Source: Rubrivivax sp. (GTDB lineage: Bacteria > Pseudomonadota > Gammaproteobacteria > Burkholderiales > Burkholderiaceae_C). Taken from it: a DNA stretch of 41,956 nt. Under the pieces are notes generated by a model that was given only the letters and a program-made list of their open reading frames with translations, was not told the origin of the DNA and did not search any database. The stretch lies in assembly GCA_031373055.1 (NCBI GenBank), contig JANMMH010000665.1, forward strand, positions 1-41,956. Reading direction: 5' to 3'. Shown in pieces: positions 35,622 to 41,956 of this stretch (position 1 is its first letter; each line of letters opens with the position of its first letter). The position numbers were made by a program, and so were the translations under genes.

Positions 35622-37688
35622 ATGAAACACACATCCCTTGCGGCCTTGCTGGTCGCGTTCGCTCCGGCCTGGGCGCAACCCACACAAGCGCCGGTGCTCA
35701 TCACCGGCAACCCATTGGGCGACACCGAGGTCGCCACGCCGACATCGGTGCTGGCCGGCACGGGCCTCGTACTGCGGCGCGGCAGCTCGCTGGGCGACAC
35801 GCTCGACGGCTTGCCGGGCGTGTCATCCACCTACTTCGGCCCGAACGCCAACCGGCCGGTGATTCGTGGGCTGGACGGCGATCGTATCCGCGTGCTGAGC
35901 AACGCCGGCGCTGCGCTCGACGCATCGAGCCTGAGCTTCGACCACGCCGTGCCGATCGACCCCCTGGTGGTCGAGCGCATCGAAGTTTTGCGTGGCCCGG
36001 CGGCGTTGATGTATGGCGGCAGTGCGGTGGGCGGTGTGGTCAACACCATCGACAACCGCATTCCCAAAACACCGCTGTCTGCGGCCACCGGTGCGGCTGA
36101 GTTGCGCTTGGGCGGCGCGAACCGCGAGCGCGGCGCCTCGGCCGTGGTCGAGGGTGGCGGCGACGGCATGGCGTTCCACGCTGATGCTTTCAGGCGTAGC
36201 ACCGCCGACCTGCACGTGCCGGCCTTCGAGCGGCCGCTGGGCGACGGCAGCAGCGAGCGCCGCAGCCGCATCGCCAATTCATCCAGCCGTGCCTCCGGCG
36301 GCGCTGTGGGCGCGTCCTGGGTATCAGACCAGGGCTACCTCGGCGCCAGCGTCGACAGCTATCGCAACGACTACGGCATCGTCGCCGAAGACGACATCAC
36401 GATCCAGATGCGGCGCGACAAGCTGACGCTGGCGGGTGAGCTGCGTAGGCCCACAAGCTTCATCACCACACTGCGCGCACAGGCTGCTGGCACCGACTAC
36501 CAGCATCAGGAGATTGAAGGCGACGGCAGCGTCGGCACGACCTTCAAAAGCCGCGGCAACGACATGCGCCTGGAGGCCGTGCACCGCGGCTTCCAGCTCG
36601 GCGGCGGGCGCATCGACGGCGTGTTCGGCACGCAGTTCGAGTCGTCGCGCTTTTCAGCCTTGGGCGAAGAGGCCTTCGTGCCCTCAACCTCCACACGCCA
36701 CGCGGCGGTGTTCATGCTGGAGCGTTGGCGCTTCGGCGATGCGGGTCACGCTGCCACGTCAACGCCGCCGCAGGGCGACGGCACCCACGGCCAACTCAGC
36801 GGCCAACTCAGCGTCGGGCTGCGTGCCGAGCAAGTGCGTGTGCGCTCTGAGGGTGACGCCAACGCCGAGGCCGCGCAGTTTGGCCCGCCGCAAGCGCGCC
36901 GCTTTGCGCCACGCAGCGCGTCGATCGGCGCCGCTCTCAAGATAGGTACGCAGTGGCAGGCCTCGTCGAGCTGGTCGTACACCGAGCGGGCACCCACCCA
37001 CTACGAGCTGTATGCCAACGGTGTGCACGCGGCCACCGCCACCTTCGAACGCGGTGACCCGCAACAAGCCCTGGAGCGCGGCCGCAGCCTGGACGCCACC
37101 CTGGCCTGGCGCAAGGGCGCGCACAGCGCGAAGCTGAGCCTGTTCGAGAGCCGATTCTCGAACTACATCAACCTGGCGGCTACCGGCGAGGCCGATGTTG
37201 AAAGTGACCATGGTGGCAGCGTCCCGGTGTTTGCCTTTGCAGGCGTTCGCGCCCGGCTGTACGGCCTTGAAGCCGAAGCCACATGGCGCCTGGTCGATGG
37301 CCACAGCAGCGTCGATCTCGATGCCAAGCTTGACCTCGTGCGCGGCCAAGATCTCACCCATCGCGAGCCGCTGCCCCGCCTGGCTCCCGGGCGCCTGACG
37401 CTCGGCGCGAATTGGACCCAAGATGGCTGGCAGGCGCGCGCCGAGATGCAACGAAACAGCCGGCAAGGCCGCGTGCCCAGCACCGACATCGCCACCGCCG
37501 GCTCGACGCGGGTCAACCTCACGGGCAGCTACACCTGGAGCCTGGGCGAGCGCCAGGCCATGGTGTTCGCAAAACTGCACAACGTGGGCAACGTGCTGGC
37601 CTACAGCGCAAGCACCACCGCCACGCTGCGCCCACTGGCGCCACTGCCGGGGCGTGGCTTGACGCTGGGGGTGCGGATGGCGTACTGA
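35622..37688 (+). CDS. TonB-dependent receptor, ZnuD-like (probable zinc/metal uptake)
   Basis: SLGDTLDGLPGVSSTYFGPNANRPVIRGLDGDRIRVL, DHAVPIDPL, IEVLRGPAALMYG, DYQHQEIE, ELYANGVHAAT and C-terminal Tyr. Confidence 0.92.
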   Translation: MKHTSLAALLVAFAPAWAQPTQAPVLITGNPLGDTEVATPTSVLAGTGLVLRRGSSLGDTLDGLPGVSSTYFGPNANRPVIRGLDGDRIRVLSNAGAALDASSLSFDHAVPIDPLVVERIEVLRGPAALMYGGSAVGGVVNTIDNRIPKTPLSAATGAAELRLGGANRERGASAVVEGGGDGMAFHADAFRRSTADLHVPAFERPLGDGSSERRSRIANSSSRASGGAVGASWVSDQGYLGASVDSYRNDYGIVAEDDITIQMRRDKLTLAGELRRPTSFITTLRAQAAGTDYQHQEIEGDGSVGTTFKSRGNDMRLEAVHRGFQLGGGRIDGVFGTQFESSRFSALGEEAFVPSTSTRHAAVFMLERWRFGDAGHAATSTPPQGDGTHGQLSGQLSVGLRAEQVRVRSEGDANAEAAQFGPPQARRFAPRSASIGAALKIGTQWQASSSWSYTERAPTHYELYANGVHAATATFERGDPQQALERGRSLDATLAWRKGAHSAKLSLFESRFSNYINLAATGEADVESDHGGSVPVFAFAGVRARLYGLEAEATWRLVDGHSSVDLDAKLDLVRGQDLTHREPLPRLAPGRLTLGANWTQDGWQARAEMQRNSRQGRVPSTDIATAGSTRVNLTGSYTWSLGERQAMVFAKLHNVGNVLAYSASTTATLRPLAPLPGRGLTLGVRMAY

Positions 37689-37696
37689 GTGGCGGT

Positions 37697-37738
37697 CTGA
37701 GGCGGCATCGACGTCGATCGGCATCGAGCCGCCGTCAG
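37697..37738. terminator. GC-rich hairpin between convergent genes (possible terminator or stability element)
   Basis: CTGA-GGCGGC...GCCGCC-G-TCAG arms with an internal ATCGACGTCGAT palindrome; no clear U-tract. Confidence 0.4.
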
Positions 37739-37795
37739 GCCATGCCAGCGCGCGCGATGCGATCAGGCGAGAAGATCGTTTGACGCGGCGCGACG

Positions 37796-38533
37796 TCAGC
37801 GCAGCTTCAGGTAGAGCATCAGCACGGCCATGAGCAGCGGCTGGTGCAGCATGTAGATCGTCAACGACCAGCGGCCCAGCAGCGCCAGCGGGCGCGCCGC
37901 GTGGGGCAGTGCACCAGCCAGCATGCTGCGTCGCCGCGCCAGCAGCCACTGCCCCGCTGCCAGGCCCCACAGCATCACGCCTAACCATGGAAGTACGGGC
38001 ACATAGTCTTCGGTGATGGGCTTGCGGGTCACTAGACCCGTCCAGTTCAACCAGCCTGGGTCAAAGATGGGGTGTTGCACGACGCGTGGCAAGACCAGCG
38101 CGACCAGGCCGGCCAGCCACAAGCCCGCGCGCCACGGCGCCATCAGGTTCACCATCAAACGCGCCAGGATCAGCATCACCGCCACGCCGTGCAGCACGCC
38201 GAAGTGGATCCAGCTCTTCGGGAACATCAGCGCCGAGCCGATGCTGACCAGCACGGCACAGCCCGCAATTTGCGCCCAGCGCCGCCAAAAACGTGGCCAG
38301 CCCTGCCCGGCTTCCAGCGCCACCGCCTGTGACAGGCCAGCGCAGAACATGAAGATGCTAACAATCAAGCTACGCTGCGTCGACCACAGCGCGTCGTGGT
38401 GGAAGTTGTGGCGCGGTGTGAGCAGGCCGAAGTGGTTGAGGTCGAAGCAGAAGTGAAAGATCACCATCCAGACGATGGCCACGCCGCGCAGGGCGTCTAG
38501 ACGGTCAAAGCGGTCAGTACGGAAAGGGGTCAT
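37796..38533 (-). CDS. DUF1624 / heparan-alpha-glucosaminide N-acetyltransferase-like membrane protein
   Basis: RFDRLDALRGVAIVWMVIFHFCFDL, IHFGVLHG, TEDYVPVLPWLG and LGRWSLTIYMLHQP motifs. Confidence 0.9.
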   Translation of the reverse strand: MTPFRTDRFDRLDALRGVAIVWMVIFHFCFDLNHFGLLTPRHNFHHDALWSTQRSLIVSIFMFCAGLSQAVALEAGQGWPRFWRRWAQIAGCAVLVSIGSALMFPKSWIHFGVLHGVAVMLILARLMVNLMAPWRAGLWLAGLVALVLPRVVQHPIFDPGWLNWTGLVTRKPITEDYVPVLPWLGVMLWGLAAGQWLLARRRSMLAGALPHAARPLALLGRWSLTIYMLHQPLLMAVLMLYLKLR

Positions 38534-38651
38534 GCGGCGATCGTAGTGCGGCCCCGTGCGCGCCTCACCCGCCGCGCCACCCCTAAGCTGCAAGTTGCCA
38601 ACGAGCCGCGTGGCGCGGAACATTGCCACGTCGCTACTTCGGCGCCCCACC

Positions 38652-39752
38652 ATGACCTTGCGCATCGCCACCTTCAACTGCGAGAACCTATTCACGCGCC
38701 CGCTGGCGATGAAAGACGGCATGGGTGCGGCGGGGCAGCAGGCTATCGACCACCACGCGGAGCTGAACCGCATCGTGGCCAAAGATGTCTACGACGCGGC
38801 CGACCAGGCGCGCTTGATCGCGCTGGACGCCATCCACAAGTTCAGCGCCTTGAACACACCGAGCAACAGCCTGGTGTTGCTGAGCAAGATTCGCGGCCAA
38901 CTCTTCAAGCGCACGCAGGCGGGAGTGGTGACAGTGGCGGCCACTGGGCGCGGCGACTGGACGGGCTGGTTCACCCTGCGCAGCAATGACGTCAGCTGGC
39001 CGGCCACCTACAACACCGGTCGCGTCATCGCCGAGACCGACGCCGACGTACAAGTCGTGATCGAGGTCGAAGACCGTCCCACACTGAACCGCTTCAACGA
39101 GCAGGTGTTGGGCGCCAAGTTCGACAAGCTCTACCCACATGTGATGCTCATCGACGGCAATGACGACCGCGGCATCGATGTCGGCATCCTCAGCCGCTTC
39201 CCCATCCGCGCGATGAAGAGCCACATCGACGACCGCAACCCCAACACAGAGCGCACCTTCTCGCGCGACTGCCCCGAGTACCTGATCGAGCTGCCCAGCG
39301 GTCGCAAGCTGATGGTGCTGCCCAACCACTTCAAGTCCAAACGTGGCGGCAACGGCGCAAAGGCTCAAGACCGGCGCAAGTTTCAGGCCGATGGCGCGCA
39401 CGACATCGCCGTGCACGCGCTGGCGCAAACCCAGCTCGTGTTGATCGCCGGCGACCTGAACGACACACCCGACTTCCCGAAGTTCGTTGCGCTTTGGCAA
39501 GACGGCTTTGTCGATGTACAAGATCACGCCAACTATCCGCAAGACCGCCCCGGCACCTTCGACACCGGCACCAAGGCCAACAAGCTCGACTACCTGATCA
39601 TGTCGCCCAAGCTGCGCGCCAAGCTCAGCGACACCGGCATCGAGCGTCGTGGGTCCTTCCACCCCAAAACCTGGCCGCCCTTTGACTCCGTGACAGGCAA
39701 GGCCGACGAGGCCTCGGACCACCACCTGGTGTGGGCGGACTTCAAACTCTAG
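38652..39752 (+). CDS. Endonuclease/exonuclease/phosphatase (EEP) family protein
   Basis: IATFNCENLF, VIEVE, GNDDRGIDVGILSR, NHFKSK, AGDLND, LDYL and ASDHHLVWADF motifs. Confidence 0.93.
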   Translation: MTLRIATFNCENLFTRPLAMKDGMGAAGQQAIDHHAELNRIVAKDVYDAADQARLIALDAIHKFSALNTPSNSLVLLSKIRGQLFKRTQAGVVTVAATGRGDWTGWFTLRSNDVSWPATYNTGRVIAETDADVQVVIEVEDRPTLNRFNEQVLGAKFDKLYPHVMLIDGNDDRGIDVGILSRFPIRAMKSHIDDRNPNTERTFSRDCPEYLIELPSGRKLMVLPNHFKSKRGGNGAKAQDRRKFQADGAHDIAVHALAQTQLVLIAGDLNDTPDFPKFVALWQDGFVDVQDHANYPQDRPGTFDTGTKANKLDYLIMSPKLRAKLSDTGIERRGSFHPKTWPPFDSVTGKADEASDHHLVWADFKL

Positions 39753-41587
39753 GCGCCGGTGCCCGGTGCTAACAAAATACCTACGCGTGTCCCCGGCGCG
39801 GCCGGCTCGATGCTGAGTACCGCGCCGATGGCGTCGGCGCGCAGGTGCATGGAACGCAGCCCTTGCTCGGGCGGCGCACGCAGGCCACGGCCGTTGTCGG
39901 TCAGTTGGATCTCGATAGCCCCGCCGCCGCCAGGACCGACACGCGCGCTGAGTTGCAGCAGCGAGGCTTGGGCGTGCTGCAGCACGTTGGAGATCACTTC
40001 GAGCAGCAGGAATTGCAGGTGGCGCATGGCCTCGTCGTTGCCCGCCGCCCAGTGCGGCAAGGCGTCGACCTGCCAGTCGACCGCGATGCCGGCACTTTCG
40101 ATGCGCGGCTGGAGCCGGTAGCGCAGGCTGGCGAGCAAGGCGTTGACGTCGCCAGCAGGCAGGTTCATGGCGTCGATGGAGAGCTTCAGCTGGTCCATCG
40201 ACTCACGCAGTGTCTGCACGACATCTTGCGCCGAGGCGCGGCCGCCTTCGAGCTGGCGCACGGCGGTGGCCAGGTTGGCGCCCACGCCGTCGTGCAGGTC
40301 GCGCAAGATGCGCTCGCGCTCCGCGAGCACGGCGCGTGAGCGTTCGAGCTCAGTGAGCTTCGCGAAGCTCTGCCGCAGCTCAACTTCCTTCTGCGCCACC
40401 TGGCCGGTGAGCGAGGCATTGAGCTGCACCACCTCGGCGCGCGCTGACAGGAAACGCCGGCTGACCAGCCACATCATGGTCGCGCCCACGAGCGTGGCCA
40501 CGTACTTGGCCCAGGCCGATTCGTCGTAGAGCTCGGCGCTCCAGCGACCGGCATAAACATCGCGCAGGCTGGCCACCATCACCGCCAGCAAGACGCCAAC
40601 GATGATCCAGCGCTCGCGGCCGCCCACCCTCGCACGCGTGCGCCAAGCCTGCGTTGCCAGGCGCGTGATGACCCAGATCCAGGTCACAAAGTTCAGCACG
40701 TACCAAAGCAGCAACGGTTGCGTCGACTGCAACACGACCATGGCCGCGATGCAAAGCGGCATCAAGGCCTGCACCGCCAGCATGGTGCGCCACTCCAGGC
40801 GTGGCCGGGCACCGCAGACTTCTTGCGCAATGCAGTACAGCGACCAGGACCACAGGGCACGCAGCAGCAGCAGGCTCATGCCCCAGTAAGGCCACGGCAG
40901 CGGCGCAGTCTCGATCACGGTGTCGGCCACGCTAAGGGCCCACAAGGCTTCACCGACGCCCGCCCAGGCGTAGAGCGCGTCACGCTGCTGCCACCACAGC
41001 AGCGCGCAAAAGGCCGCCACCAACAGGCTGAGCACGGCGGTTGCCAGCGGCAGCGCAATGCGCCCCAAAGCCGCCGCACGCGCTTGCGGCGCCAGCTGCG
41101 CCGCCGGGCCCACACGCACGACCGACAAGCCCGAGCGGTAGCCGGCGTCGGCGCGCAAGCGCACACGCAGCTCGTTGTCGCGCGCGAGCAGTTGCGACGG
41201 GAACGTCAGGAACACCGGGTACTTGGCCGACCAACGGTCCCGCGCGCCCAGCAGCGAGCCGGCGCTGCCCAGCAACACACCATTGAGCTCGATCTCATAC
41301 GCATTGCCGATGCGTGTGATGGCCACGGCGTGCGGCTCTCTCGATACTGCGGCGCCCTCGGGCATGGCAAAGCGCAGGCGCAATTCGGCACTGCCTGACT
41401 TGCCCCGATGCACGATGTCCCAATGCAGCGGCAAGCTGATCGTCTGCGGTGGCAGCGGCTGCGCATCGACTTGCGCCAGCAACTGCGCGTGTTCCAGCGT
41501 CAGCACCTGTTGCGCGTTAGCCGTCTGCGTCCACGCCTGCAAGACCAGCGCGCATGCCAGCAGCCAAGCCCACAGGCACCGATTCAC
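39749..41587 (-). CDS. Membrane sensor histidine kinase (periplasmic beta domain + multi-TM + HisKA_3/HATPase)
   Basis: Signal peptide, about 7 TM helices, ERERILRDLHDGVG H-box, EVISNVLQHA, DNGRG and GLRSM motifs. Confidence 0.92.
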   Translation of the reverse strand: MNRCLWAWLLACALVLQAWTQTANAQQVLTLEHAQLLAQVDAQPLPPQTISLPLHWDIVHRGKSGSAELRLRFAMPEGAAVSREPHAVAITRIGNAYEIELNGVLLGSAGSLLGARDRWSAKYPVFLTFPSQLLARDNELRVRLRADAGYRSGLSVVRVGPAAQLAPQARAAALGRIALPLATAVLSLLVAAFCALLWWQQRDALYAWAGVGEALWALSVADTVIETAPLPWPYWGMSLLLLRALWSWSLYCIAQEVCGARPRLEWRTMLAVQALMPLCIAAMVVLQSTQPLLLWYVLNFVTWIWVITRLATQAWRTRARVGGRERWIIVGVLLAVMVASLRDVYAGRWSAELYDESAWAKYVATLVGATMMWLVSRRFLSARAEVVQLNASLTGQVAQKEVELRQSFAKLTELERSRAVLAERERILRDLHDGVGANLATAVRQLEGGRASAQDVVQTLRESMDQLKLSIDAMNLPAGDVNALLASLRYRLQPRIESAGIAVDWQVDALPHWAAGNDEAMRHLQFLLLEVISNVLQHAQASLLQLSARVGPGGGGAIEIQLTDNGRGLRAPPEQGLRSMHLRADAIGAVLSIEPAAPGTRVGILLAPGTGA

Positions 41588-41956
41588 GGGCCCGGTCTCA
41601 TGCTGCCCAGCAAGCCCATGCGGCTGGCCTCGAACACGGCCTCGCTGCGTGAATGCACGGCCAGCTTGGCGTAGAGGTTCTTGATGTGCGACTGCACGGT
41701 GTGCATCGACACCGCCTGCAAGCGTGCGATTTCGGCGTACGCGTAGCCTCGCGCCACGAGCTCAAGCACCTGCGACTCGCGTGGCGTCAGGGCCACCTGC
41801 ACGCCGCTGGCCGCCACGGGGGCCGCCACGCTGCGCAGCCGCGCCAACAACTTGCGCGCCACCATCGGTGAAATGGGCGAGGCGCCGTGTTTGATGTCGA
41901 TGATGACCTGCGCCACGTCGGCCGGCTGCGAGTCTTTGTGGATGTAGCCCACGGCA
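41584..41956 (-). CDS. NarL/LuxR-family response regulator, 5' end outside the window
   Basis: GYIHKD, SPISPMVARKLL and LTPRESQVLELVARG..EIA..VS.HTVQSHIKNLYAKL.V.SRSEAV; stop overlaps the kinase start. Confidence 0.93.
   Translation of the reverse strand, partial: AVGYIHKDSQPADVAQVIIDIKHGASPISPMVARKLLARLRSVAAPVAASGVQVALTPRESQVLELVARGYAYAEIARLQAVSMHTVQSHIKNLYAKLAVHSRSEAVFEASRMGLLGSMRPGP

Overview
GC-rich betaproteobacterial (Burkholderiales-like, inferred from gene content) chromosomal window with about 33 CDSs and no rRNA, tRNA or CRISPR. Left to right: partial class III cyclase/NTPase, mscS-family channel, HDAC-family deacetylase, divergent moxR-DUF58-transglutaminase operon, two fasciclin genes, mltB, glycerophosphodiester phosphodiesterase, blaI-like repressor plus an M56 peptidase broken by an amber codon, IlvD/Edd dehydratase and Bug receptor. 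Next is a ~4.4 kb accessory patch (IS21/IS3 scar, secreted HExxH protein, 24-aa membrane peptide, divergent FtsH paralogue), then mutS, a block of degenerate regulators (two atypical receivers, two MocR proteins lacking the PLP lysine), a TonB-dependent receptor and a stand-alone Anbu protease. The right end holds a two-receptor metal-uptake module, a DUF1624 protein, an EEP nuclease/phosphatase and a HisKA_3/LuxR two-component pair. The strongest candidate for an undescribed system is 32308-37688: two back-to-back small exported His-containing ORFs ending in arrest-peptide-like motifs (LERPP, ARGPP). Each is followed by a ~130-nt structured spacer with shared motifs and then a metal-type TonB-dependent receptor. 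This suggests a bidirectional, CxxC-less variant of CruR/DUF2946-type ribosome-stalling metal regulation. All calls are from manual motif recognition; no database searches were run.
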